From an uncultured Candidatus Peribacteria bacterium (GTDB lineage Bacteria; Patescibacteriota; Gracilibacteria; UBA4473), in assembly GCA_964578905.1 (NCBI GenBank), contig CAZOER010000002.1, forward strand, positions 4,840 through 68,839: a stretch of 64,000 nucleotides of DNA, read 5' to 3'. Shown in pieces: positions 46,401 through 58,000 of the stretch. Both the position numbers and the translations under genes were made by a program. Under the pieces are notes generated by a model. It made no database searches. It worked only from the letters and a program-made list of their open reading frames with translations, and was not told the DNA's origin. Position 1 is the stretch's first letter; every line of letters starts with the position of its first letter.

Positions 46401-48929
46401 AGAGACAATTTTAATACAAACTTTGTAGAAAAATATTACAAAAACGTAGATACTGTTTTTCACAGAGCTGATCGATTTTTCTCTGAACTGACTGCAGAAG
46501 TCGAATCAGAAGGTGGGTTTGCGAGAGATAAAGATTATTTCTCAATGATTTCGCTTGAATTACGGTCATTATATGGATTGTGTGATTTAAAAGGAGGGGT
46601 GTTATCAAGAGAAACAGACCGACAAAAGAAAAACTTCAAGGCACAAGCCAAAGTAATAACAAGACTGAAGGAAGAAGGACTCTGGGAAAAAGAAGATTTG
46701 GATGAAAATCTTGAGAGTTTTAAAAATAAATTTCGAACACTTCGAGGTGAATATCATGAAAAATTCGCACGATATACAAGGAATGTAAATTCTATTAGTC
46801 GTGTTATTGAGGGAGATATTCGGGGCATGAAAGACAAGGAGTTCATGGAACGATATAAAATTGATAAAGAAGCGGCACAAAAAATAGTACAAGGACATCA
46901 GGCACAAAAAGAAAACTTCGATGATCTTTGGAATGAAATGATAGGAGGAGGGGATAAAAAAGATTTCTTTAATCAAGATAACCCTGATTTCGAATCAGAT
47001 TGGACTGCACAATACAAAGAAGCCGTTCTCAATGAAGATGGAGAACTTATGAATACAGCGCTTGGGCGATTTAAGGACATTGAAGCTATTACGAGCAATG
47101 TTGATAATGCTGAAATAGGTTCAGAAAAATTAGTCGATTGGTTAAAGAATTACAATGAAACGAAGGGGCGAGAAAAAGGTGTCTTCGGTCGATTTAGATT
47201 TCATGCAGAGGAATTCTCTCTCTATGATTTGTATCGAACGATTAAAGAATCACTTGATGCTGCAGAAAAACACTGGAAACGAAATTCTGATAAACATGTA
47301 GCGAACCTGGGAACAACCTTCTGGGGAGATGATAACCGATGGGGACGAGAGTTTGCTCGTATGGCAGAAGAATCAGAAAGTGCTCGATTTAAAGAATTTG
47401 AAACACAGTATCACGATCAACCAGGATGGGTGATCCTGAAAGCGATGCGAAAATCAAAGAATCCAGATATGGTTCGAGGATGTATTAATCTTTTGTCTGA
47501 AAAAGGATTCTTGCGTTGGGACGATCCAATTTTATGGGAAGTGCTTAATCGTTTATCACGAAACACATATTTCAACATTCCAGGGGACAACGACCTAACA
47601 CCGCATGAAAAATTAGAACGAGTAAAACTTGCGTGTGAAACTATCTGGACACCAGAGGTGTTCCGTCAATGGGAAACTGGTCTTGAAGGAAATCTCAAGA
47701 AAGCCAAAGAACAATATGATGGAGAGTTTGCAAAATATGAAAACGATAGTAACGCTCGTACGGATATTATGGCAGGAATGCTTCAACGGTGGAGTCAAGG
47801 AGAGGTTGACGATGTTGACCCAGCTCGATATGAACATTTCCTTTTTGCATCATTCCGTGATGGAAAGATGAATGGACAACCCGATCAACGATGGTACTTC
47901 CTTCTTATGGGAGTGGCCACACGAAATCCTCGAACGGGACAAGCTTTGATTTCAGAAGATGTGTTGATGCGAGTAAATAAAGAATTTTTGCAGAGATTCC
48001 CATTTGTTGACTTTTTGGCGGACAAAGAATCTCCAAAATTGAATGGACGAATTGTTCCGGAAGGAACACCAGGAGCCCGTGGAGGAGGTGGGGAACGAGC
48101 ACTTTGGTGTGAGGAAGACTATAAAAATTGGGCACGAATGCTCGGAACGGGAGATGGAACATTTAATCCCAAAAGTCCACCAGCAAGTGGAAAAACAGAA
48201 GCGTTCTTCTATCAAGTTATTAATGAATCGCTCACCTGTAAGCAACGTGTTCAACGTATGGGACGATTTGCGCAAGCACCCGATCATGATGATGGAGTGA
48301 ACTATCAATTTGTATGGGACCAGAACCGTGTTATGGAGAACTTGAATCTTGAATCAACAGGACGAGGTCAGTTTTCAGAGGACTTCTGGAGAAGTTGGTT
48401 GTCAGGGTTTGATAAATTTATTCGAAATAAAAAAGCGATGATTACCCATGGAGACATGGTCTGGGGAGGGCAAGATTTCTGGGATAAAGATCGAAAACGA
48501 CACCTTCTTGAGATTGGAAAGAGTCTCAAAGTAGCGCTTACGGTAACGCAAACATTGCAAGGAAATAAGAGTACTCAACGAGGACCGACGACCTTTGATC
48601 AAGACGAATGGGAGAAAAAAAGTGATTATTCGATTAATGGAGAAGAGAGTAGAAATAATGTTAATGATCTGTTCCGATATATGATGCAGGAAGAGGGAAC
48701 TGATGAATACGAAGAAATTCTTGATGCGAAGCTTCGAGATGAATTCGGAAAAGATGAAAAACAACGACAAGGGCATGAACGATGGAGAGACGTGAATAGT
48801 AAAGTAACGAATTTATTGGATTCTGATGGTGGTGATACCTACTTTAGAAACGAAGACTTGATTGAAAACGCGCTTAATACCTACTGTACAAGTTCCGCAA
48901 GTAGATGTTCAGTGGATTGTATTTTGTAA
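43455..48929 (+). CDS. 1824-aa Lys/Glu-rich coiled-coil protein without signal peptide or TM segment (locus gene D)
   Basis: Uninterrupted ORF. The N-terminal part (more than 1100 aa) is dominated by charged heptad-like sequence. The C-terminal part (about 600 aa) is more globular, with Trp/Cys/Gly-containing stretches. No family recognised. Confidence 0.85.
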   Translation: MKFLHNQLRDFENRWENGLVFVEGDDVEGAPNAEDTEEEEKKTKLEESRLQRVLKGRFLHLSVNDLDKVAKDVEKLDDNSKSKKIFEKKFRELTEYYITLVTTDPDKLPPRILSRIYQTPKLRSFLTAKMKETLQKLAGSHLRTLEEIVSRKTSTWTGEEGVRVCTLYQSLKKEKSKSTVQAKLFEETKEKLKQKRKQVLDKFKVETVEGKVKSVVEKGTSGHPPTKEEKLFLLETAKLFPDKNEWPADEKEWNHWTEIKDTTLKNLLEDIILADKSQEKVTPGNYLLWEVLQEVDFSTTENKKILRSLKLKQSDVKKAIGRLSTRWNAVQFIAFIKAQNVLTPEHLKVLQEILDDADGFFETGGVRAYPAMSLKDHEKLVAAIKERVSLEEKRKRIEEQSCEDVREKESADPSLTKKQKTYKENDEKEKETKTGVQALLTEDRLTELLSQIETKAAAIQTKLDEAQTELAEDNLKKERKEKLENNIQQFEAELFVLKGEGEKKGIDSEITEFIEYIKREDKEEKYVEVSAEKLKWIFRKFDRVGRSVTQKISFIDEWQKAYEGFEIAKKDLEGSRKALLDETKITESTNSEIEALEKKEEQLRQKQAELMKETSVEESLNNIYRDPIGEGKEIQEEYYKKLEKRVKDHTLTAADLDVMWSESGKYKTGKFKKYEEFRKTFSDKIKTYLGDPLTLEGDNVESWIANLNEKLSDVELLKYFKEDLDVFKSADSFGEGLLDTSVLLQGAKMHFRKKIRKHIEDAIENLRGEAAREEFSKYWDGIAKKAESNKDMVERSAQQQAHINRQKEISRNAETEKGKIDDTLSDEDVKRLNTAAGERERKAIEKAHEVEVERYRRGELVDYPTGRKVIDANGDEVDEVEKIYIPGQDDLNQLAAKTQESTKEIEKTSIGIARELEALGEGFSKWDASTEEEREHLHFSEEGLQEKLKGLLGQWKGSRKQLREGIDTQKETCLQHGELPPQRDNFNTNFVEKYYKNVDTVFHRADRFFSELTAEVESEGGFARDKDYFSMISLELRSLYGLCDLKGGVLSRETDRQKKNFKAQAKVITRLKEEGLWEKEDLDENLESFKNKFRTLRGEYHEKFARYTRNVNSISRVIEGDIRGMKDKEFMERYKIDKEAAQKIVQGHQAQKENFDDLWNEMIGGGDKKDFFNQDNPDFESDWTAQYKEAVLNEDGELMNTALGRFKDIEAITSNVDNAEIGSEKLVDWLKNYNETKGREKGVFGRFRFHAEEFSLYDLYRTIKESLDAAEKHWKRNSDKHVANLGTTFWGDDNRWGREFARMAEESESARFKEFETQYHDQPGWVILKAMRKSKNPDMVRGCINLLSEKGFLRWDDPILWEVLNRLSRNTYFNIPGDNDLTPHEKLERVKLACETIWTPEVFRQWETGLEGNLKKAKEQYDGEFAKYENDSNARTDIMAGMLQRWSQGEVDDVDPARYEHFLFASFRDGKMNGQPDQRWYFLLMGVATRNPRTGQALISEDVLMRVNKEFLQRFPFVDFLADKESPKLNGRIVPEGTPGARGGGGERALWCEEDYKNWARMLGTGDGTFNPKSPPASGKTEAFFYQVINESLTCKQRVQRMGRFAQAPDHDDGVNYQFVWDQNRVMENLNLESTGRGQFSEDFWRSWLSGFDKFIRNKKAMITHGDMVWGGQDFWDKDRKRHLLEIGKSLKVALTVTQTLQGNKSTQRGPTTFDQDEWEKKSDYSINGEESRNNVNDLFRYMMQEEGTDEYEEILDAKLRDEFGKDEKQRQGHERWRDVNSKVTNLLDSDGGDTYFRNEDLIENALNTYCTSSASRCSVDCIL

Positions 48930-48998
48930 TTTTTGACGAAACTTGATTGCAAGTTTATTTCTTTACTATTTTCTCTTGAAAAAGAAAGGGGATTTTTC

Positions 48999-49027
48999 TT
49001 GAATTCCTTGCCTTAAATCTGCACAAT
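48999..49027 (+). promoter_or_regulatory. Putative promoter of locus gene E: TTGAAT-17-CACAAT
   Basis: Hexamers at 48999-49004 and 49022-49027, about 30 nt upstream of the ATG at 49058. Confidence 0.45.
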
Positions 49028-49057
49028 AAGGCGGAAAACAAAACCCCATTTTTCCCC

Positions 49058-52000
49058 ATGTTTTTCTTTGTAAAAACAAAAATAAAAACACAGAAAATTT
49101 TTCACGTATCTTGTGGAAGTTTTTTATGTTGGAAAAAGCGCTTAGCAGTGCTTCTTATTGGAACTTTGTTGATGCCGAGTTTCGCGTCTCCAGCGCATGC
49201 ACTTTTTGGGTATTGGGAATCTTCCCTAACGGTTCCAGATGTGGGAAGGGAGAAATTAGTATCGATATTAGTCGAAGAAAGTTTGCTCGAGAACATTAAA
49301 TTGAAAAACAAAATTGAGAACTATGCAGCAAGTGTTCAATCAAATATAAACGGAGAGGTGGTTCTGGTTCCCGTTCCCACAGAAGCTTCACCACTCGATA
49401 TTTATGAAGGAAATGCGCACTTGTACTTTTCAGGAAATGATTCAGATGGACGCTCTCAATTAGTGGGAACAATCTTTATTGGAGATGTCCCATTGCCTGT
49501 TGTCGAGAAGAGTGGAAATCTCTGGCCAACGATTTTTCCGTACGTGGACTTCGAAGATCCTGTTTACCAGTGGGATTATGAGAAAGAACGATTTGTGTTT
49601 CGTGGAGGAGGGAGTCATCAGGCTGAAGTATGGCATGGGGTGATTCGTTCCGATCCTCGTCACGATGAAGGATGGGATGCGAAGAAATTAAAAGATTTTC
49701 GAGAAAAAGAACTGATCACATTCTTTCAAACAAATGAGCAGGTAAATAGTGGAAGTATTACGTATGACAAGAATATTTTCTCAGCGGATCTTGTTACAGA
49801 CCAAGCAAACGGATTGGATGCAACGGCAATGGGACACTATGAAAATTGGGTGAACAACATCGAAGATATTGTGTACATGCGGTACACCAAGCACTGGGCA
49901 GCGGAAGTAATGGGGAACATTGAGGCAGACGATATTATCGATACGACTGTTTTTCCTGATAGTATGAAACCTCCGACAGAATCTGAGGATGCGGGTACTT
50001 TGATGGGGAACGTTCCTGATATTCACACAAAATTGATTATTGAAAAGGGAGTAAAGCGATATATTGAGACATGGAAAGAAAAACTTTCAATTGATAATGC
50101 AGAGATCGAAAAAACAGGACGTTGGGATCCTGCTGACATAGAAAGCACGATTGTGCTTATTTCTGAAAAAGATGAGCGAGCGGCGGTAAATCTCAAAGCA
50201 TTTAATGACATTCTTGATGCGACATTAAACACAGCCATTGTGGCGGAGAATGTACCAAAGGACATCAAAGTGAAAACAACAGAGAATGTTCCAATTTCTT
50301 ATGTTATTCCACAGATTCCTCCATTGGAGGATATCGCAATGACGCAGGACCGAGACAAAGATATGTATTGGAATGGAGTGTCTCGCGCGACGATGGCTAT
50401 CGAAGATTGTTCGATTCTGAGGGGGAGTCTAAGAACAGATCAGTATCCACATGCGCAAATGGTGGAAGCCAATCGGGCATACAACCCAGGAACATCTGAT
50501 GAAGATTATCCAACAGAAGCCGCGCCCGATTATCTTTGTGAAAATATACGAATTCCAGTGACATCAAATCCTAATTGGGGAGCGTATCATGCGTGGTGGG
50601 ACGAAGATTCTGATGACGATGGGACGCTGAATTATATTGATCTCGGAGAAGATTTATATGAATCCTGTTGCGCACTTAATTCAGAGTTCCTTCAAGATTC
50701 GTTTGAATATGTAAATGATTATTGTGAAATAGGATCGGAGTGGGTGATTCGTGATTACAAGGGATTAGGGGATCAAACTCCATATGCACCAGAAGCGACC
50801 GATGCTCCAACATTAACCAATCAATATCGGGATCATGTCGGGACAACAGAACCAGTTTTTGATATTACCGCAACAAAAGAAAGTCTTACGGGAACGCCTG
50901 GGGCGGAAGGATGTTCGACAATCTTGGATGTCGATGGAGACCATTCTATGGACTCTCTCGTATATCATATCGAACCGCAAAACAGCACCATATTGGCTCA
51001 GATGGAAGACATGGGAAGTATTGCCATGCCAGTCGATAAACCACGAGGGTTTTCTTTTTATGACGAGCAATGGGATTTTCATCGTATTAATTATTTCAAT
51101 GCATTTAGCCTCATTGGACGACACAGTGAGGTAACAGACGAAGCGGCTCGAAGAGAACTTCTAAAGCAAGAAATTCTTAATGGACTTCAGGATAAAATAG
51201 AGGAACTGAACGATATTATTCGAAATAATGCAACAGAGAATATCGATCTGATTGATACAACACTGTTTGATATACACACAGGAGATTTGGACGATATCGT
51301 GGATTCCATTATTTGGATTGATAAAACAATCGAATCAAAAAACAGACTTATGTTTGAGATCGCATTCTCTCCAGCAAAAGACGCCCAAGAGTTTCTTTTT
51401 AATGATGATTTTCACGATGGGTATGAGTTCGCTCAGATTACAGCTGAGAAAGCCGTATCGGGAAGTACAGGAGAAGAGGGGATTAGTATGGGATTTGAAC
51501 AGGGATCCGCTCCTGACAGTGAGCAATTTCAAGATGCAAAACTCGAAGCATCAGAATTCTCTTTCGATGATGGAGCCGATACAGAAGATATTCACAAACA
51601 AGACGAAGAGCATTTTGATTTTAGTGGACAAGAGTCCAGTCAGTCTGCTTGTAAGGGAAAAAATATCCTGAGCTGGTTTCCGTGTTTTATTAATTGGTTA
51701 TCAGAATTGCCGAACATTATTACGCAGAACTTTACGGTTCTCCCAGATCCACCAAAAAATGGAAACGAGGATTCAGATGAACCAGCAAAGCCAACCGTAC
51801 TGCCACCTTCAGGCGGAGGCGATAGTGCCAGTTCTTCTAGTTTTCAAAATACCGTAAGCCAGATAAAGACTTCTGTTCCCGAAATTCATATTGGAGCAGG
51901 AAACACCGATCCAGTTATCCTTGAAGCCGATTTAAAAAACAAAGCCGGAGGAGCCGTGCAATCGAGCTCAAGTGCAGAAGTGTCCATAAAGTTTAGTAAT

Positions 52001-55000
52001 TCTAATGGAGAAAAATTCTTTGATGTTTTCCCGAGCAAAAGTGTAGAACCTGTTGCAGGAAAAGCGGTGTTCACCCTCTTTCCAGAAGACACCGACGTTG
52101 GGGGATCGTTTGATATTAGTATGGAAGTTGATGGAGCGGTGCTTCAAAAAATACCCGTCACGGTTTCAAAATATTCATTAACCGCAGTGGCGGAAAAAAA
52201 CTACGTGGTGGTCGATAATAAAGAAGGCGTTTTAATTGAAGCAAAGGTTGAAGATCCCGATGGTATGGTTTCTTCAGAAAAAGACGGGAGTATTTTGGTC
52301 TTTGAATCAGACTGGGGAACATTTGAACAGAACGGACACGCATCTGTTCGTAATGGACGAGCAGAGATTGTTTTCTTCCCAGGGATTAGATCAGGAGAAG
52401 CGACCATTCGTGTTCAAGATTCAAAAAAGAACCTTCCACCTGCAGAAGAATCTGTAAATATTATTGCGGGAGAAATTCAGTCTATTGAGATCGAAACAAA
52501 GACAGAAACCCTTATTGCGGGGGCTGATTTCCTGCCGGTTGTAGCACAACTTCAGGATAAATTTGGAAATGATATTACGAGAGGATCAGGAGAATTTATA
52601 TGGGAAACAACGAATTTGGAAATACAAGGAATTGAAAAAGCGAAGAAGTTTAAAACTACGATTGAAAATGGAAAAAAGAAACTCCTCATCCGACCCAAAC
52701 ACAAACTGCCAGCGGCGGAATTGCGAGTGAAAGTAAAACTTCCTTTCGAAGAAGTCGTGCAAGTGAAAATTTTTACTATTCCACAAAAGGTCGTCTTCAG
52801 TATCGAAACATCTGAAGAAAGTGTTACGGCAGGGTCAGCAAATCCAATCAGAGTGCTCGTTATGGCAGAAACAGAAGAAGGCGAACGTATTGAACAAAAT
52901 CTGTCAGTAAACGTATTGGGGGAACCTGCGGGAATGGGACAGTTCCTCAATACGATTGAAATGGAAGATGGACTCGGTGAATTCAAATTTTATGCCGGCA
53001 CAAAAGCAGGGGAGACAAGCCTCTCGTTTTCAAGTCCTGGATTTGAAACAAGTGAAGAAGTTTTCACAATAAATCCTGATACGGCGGTGAAGATACTGAC
53101 TTCAATTGATACAGAAACAATGGATGTCGACGATCCTCACGCAGAGATAAATCTTGATATCAGTGTTGTTGATAGGTTTGGAAATGTGGATACAACCTTT
53201 GTAGATAAGGTGCATTTGTTACCAAATGAACCAGACCTTTTCCTTTCAACGAATAGGGAGACACTGATTGATTTGGACATGATTGATACCTCTGGAGGAA
53301 TTCAATATGTTATAGATGAAGAAGCAGATGCATCAAGAGCCTCCGGAACTTCGCCAGACACAAGTCTTCTTCAGACAACAGATGGATGGTCCGTTCCAAT
53401 GAAAAAAGGAAAGGCAACGGTTGAAATGACCCCCGGATCTACAAGTACGGGGAAAGTTCTTATGAGTATCGAGTCAGCGGGGCTTGTTCCAGATACCGTT
53501 GAGTTTGTCGTGACAGATTATCTAACCGCAGATGAAATTGATGACCTGACGCCAAAGTCTCGCTTCACACTCCTTACGGGATTTGATGGAGGAGATATGC
53601 TCGCGGGGAAGGGAATTGGAAATCGATTCCTGCTTTCTGGAAAATCTCAAGCGGTGGGAACTTTGATTGCGCCTCCAAATCCAAAGAAGCGACTCGGATA
53701 CATTTCTCCGGCAGGGGACGTATCGCTTCAGCTCAAAGCAGAAGTACGCATGAATGAGTACTTTACCGTAGAAATAAAAGACAGTGTTCGACCGATTGCC
53801 CAACTTCATGTGCGATTTGAAGAAGAACCTGAGTTCTTTGTGAAACGAGAAAAGGGAACCTCTCCTGGAATTTACTTCCTTCCAACAGAAGGACTCGTGG
53901 AATCGCTTGTACGAGAAGGGGATACGATTCTCTGGGATGATGCCCCAGTGTTCACCATTACCCCACAAGGTGGTCTCCAGATCGTTCAAGGGGGATATGA
54001 GTTTATTTCAGAAGGATCATTTCTAGAGTGGAACGTTGAAAAAGAAGACCAACCAATCGGAACACTTGCGATTGTTCCCACCGAAGAAACATTTACTCTT
54101 TTTGATACCCAGGACCGAATTCCAACTGAAGCTGAAGGAATTTTTGTGCATCAAGAAGTTTCGGATATTCATATAAAAGAAAGCTTCACAGGAAAGACAA
54201 CAAATGACGAGAGAGGACTGGTCTTTGTTGATTCGAATAAAGAAGAATCCTCAAACAAGAAACTCGGGGCACCGTATTTATCTGCAGAGAATGTGCAGGA
54301 GGATAAAGAAATTGTGTGGACGAATTCATGGAAACCAGCTTCTCGGTATGCTGCGGGAAACATTGTTGGAGAATCTGTGCAATGGAATTCAAGTGATGCG
54401 TTTATATTGCTTGGAGATCCGACGACGAGTGTTGCATCAGAAAATGATCGTTCCACGCTCGGGATTACCGAAGATGTTGGAAAACCTATTTGGAAGAGTC
54501 CATTAGGAACAATCGAACAAATTATCGTCGCAGATATTAATGCCGATGATGTGCCAGACATTCTTAACCGAGTAGGGAAGAGGCTTTTTGCGCTCTATCA
54601 AGAAAACAGTGAGATCGATAATTTCCGGGACACCGGACCGATTCTCCGTTTTGAAGATGGTGTACAAAAGGTGTTTGCCGTTGATAACGATCACGATAAC
54701 TTTAGTGACATTATCCAATTAAACGATGAAGGAATTCTTATTTTACATAGAAATACAAACGGAACCTTTGCTCGAGCAGGTGTCATTATTAATGGATTCG
54801 ATGGCGTTATTAATGAAATCTTTGAAGGGAATATTGATGATGATGAATATAAAAACGATCTTGTATTCTCTGATGCAGAAAAAACACTTTGGTTTGCGCC
54901 AGGGACAGCCGATGTAGGTGTGTATGGTCCTGCGACAGCCATTGAGAGATTTGCTCCAAGTCTGGAAGCAACGGAAGAAGTTTATATTGCTTCAGCAGAA

Positions 55001-58000
55001 CAGGACTGGGAAAAGCGAAAGTATTTCGATACCGATAAATTTCCAAATCTTGAGAGAGTCTTCGTTTCGTATGAAGGGGTAAAGGATGATATCACCGATC
55101 AAACTCCAGAAGATGCTATTCGTATTGAGGGAAGTGATGACTTGCTTCCAGAAAATGCCTTTGAGAGAGGTATTGGAGAAGGGGGAATGCACTTTAATTT
55201 TGGAAGCGTTCCAGTGTCAGAAGAAACACTTGAGGGCATGACATCGTCACTACAAGGAACGATGGATGAACAATTGGCACAGATGGCCGAACAAGTGCTT
55301 GGAGACTCGGGCGGAGCTTTCAAAAAAACATTCCTAGAGATACCATTTCAAATGCGAGTAAATGGAACCTGGACACTGCTACCTGAGGGAAGTTCTCAAT
55401 TACAACTTGGCCAGGCGGTTCATGCTGGATTTGAATTCACGCCAATTACAGATCTCGAGTCTTTTGAATTTCTCCTTCCAAAGATGAATGGGATGACATT
55501 TGAAAAAGAGTCTTTTTCTTGTGAAGAATGTGATGGGGAAGTTCAGTTTAGAGAAGACATTCCTGATGACGTGGAGGTCTGGGGATACTGGGAACAACCA
55601 CTGGAAAGTGGTGAGAAAATAGAACTCACATGGGATCTGACAGTAGAAGACATGGGACCACTTTCTTTTCAAGTTCTTGATTACAAGAGTAATGACACGA
55701 TTGATGATATCTTGATTGGATGGGAAGAAGACGGAGAGAAAAAAATTATTAAATACCAGTCGCATCCTCAGAACAATAATAATACTGCCTTTAAGCACTC
55801 TCAGGATATTGTGGATGTGACAATGCCATCCGACCCAGATGCACCTTCACAAGACGCATTAAAGGATAAATATACACAAGATGATGATGCGAATGGACTC
55901 CCTGATATTTGGGAAACCTTTGGGACCCTAGCTTTAACAAGCGTAGCAGGCGCAATGACTTGTAGAGGAAACTGTGGACTGCCGATTCCATCGATTGTCA
56001 TTCCACCATTTGCTCCCGGAAGTCAGACGCTTTATGTACCACCGTTTGCGATTAAACTTCCGAAATGGCCAATGCCGTTGCCGATGTTTTCATTATTGAT
56101 GAATCCATCAGGAGTACCGACGCCTGTCTTTTATACCCCCAAAGGGGGAGAGGTAATTGCGTCAGGACTGATCTCTTTGTTTCGAATATATCTTATTCCA
56201 ACAACGAATGCCTCACTTGGGATTAGTTTTTGTCCGTTTCCTTATAACGTAGGAGATAAGACGCAGTTCCCAATCGGAAACTGTTTCACAATCGTTATCC
56301 CATCAATCTTTGGGGGGGCCTTCTGTAGTTCTGATGATAGCGAAGCAGGTGATACAGAAGATTCAATTCGGAATATGATGCAGGATTACAATCCTGCAGA
56401 CTACAAACCAAAGTTTGAATTCAATAAACCAAATAAAACAATTCACACAGCCGAAGTGATAAGTGATTGGATTCGTCGACAAAAAGCAGAATGGAATAAT
56501 ATTAAACTTCCAACGCCGAAACTCTCAAAACCAAAATTACCAAAGACACTTGTTCGAGAAAAAGTGAAAACAGTAGAACCATTGTTTGCGGAAAACACGA
56601 AGGTTCTTGGGCGAAAACTATGGAAAGACATTGATCAAAAATCATGGGTGACGCTCAAGCCGGAACTCCATACGTTTCCATACCCAGTCTTTCCCAAGAC
56701 TGATGAAAACGGTGATAACGCAGAATTAGAAAAATACCATATCCAATGGCAAGCTTGGAAAAAGGCTCCAAAGAAATACCAAGAAGATAAGAAAAAACTG
56801 AAAGCCTTTTATAACGAAAATTGTAAGGGAGAAAAAGCGCAGACAAAAGAGTGTGAAAAATTATCGAAAAATATTGTTTCATTTGATGCATTTATTGGTT
56901 CTGTCTCACAGAACGAACAAGCGATTGCGAAGAACTGGGAAGCGATTGAATCCTACAAAGAAGTGCCGAAAGTCCTCAGCGAACTCTTTAAAGACGAAGA
57001 GGGAGAAGAAGGAGATATGACAAGACTTGGAAAGCAGTTCAAAAAATACGGCGATGAAATTGAAATCTATACGAAGGAGTGGCTTGATGCGAATAGAAAA
57101 GCGATCGCCAAATGGAAGAAATTTATTAAAGAACTCAAAGAGTTCTTTAAATCGATTGAAATGATATTTGAAATCTTTGGAGAATTCAAAAATGATTGTC
57201 CGACATGTTCTATAGAACGAGGATCAAGTACAACAGTTTTAATTAACCTCTTATTGGGAGCCCTCAAAATACCGGTTATTCCAGCGCCGCGATTGCCGGA
57301 TATTCTTCTTGATTTCTCACGTATTGATTTCACGGTTCAATTACCCGTTCCAGAAATAGAACTTCAACCGGTCGAGCTCGCATATCCTGATTTGCCACCA
57401 CCACCAACGATTAGAGTGAGTATGGGCTTTGATGTTCCTGCGTTACCCGTGATCCCCGTCTTGCCAAAGATGCCAGAGATCAAGATCAATGTTTCAATTC
57501 CAGAACTTACGATCCCTGTTCTTCCAGTGCTTCTCGATCCTCCAGGGATTCCAAATCCAATTGTGAAATTGAAAGCGATTGTGAAAATATTTAACATATT
57601 CTTAAAATTATTCTGTTTGATTGTGAGAAACTTCATTCCCGTTCCAGAACATTATTTGGCGGGACATGTTCAGCAAGTTACAAACAGAACACGGATGATC
57701 GGTCTTGATTTCACGCTCCCTTCGCTTTCTCTGAATTTACCACAGCTTCCAGAAATTGAAGATATTGAAATTGCTCTTGAAGCCCATCTTTCTTTACCAA
57801 CCGTGGCGCTTGAAGTTCTGAATGCAACGGTAGGGGTTTTCGCAGAACTTGATCAGTGCGTGGTTGATTCATTGAGTAAGGTATTAAAAGGAGCCCCAGA
57901 GGGAGCAATCTGTGAAGCAGGAGGAGGTGGGGGCGTTGCCTTTGAACCAAAAACACTTGTCGAGAATAAAGTGAAATATAATATTGTTGCCAATGTGGAA

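Noticed and set aside
38429-48929. The giant locus as a prophage remnant, with gene B as a tape-measure protein and gene D as a fibre or scaffold.
   Set aside because: No terminase, portal, capsid, tail, integrase or lysis genes occur anywhere in the window. Composition and promoter style match the surrounding chromosome. I keep this only as an alternative that a profile search could revive.
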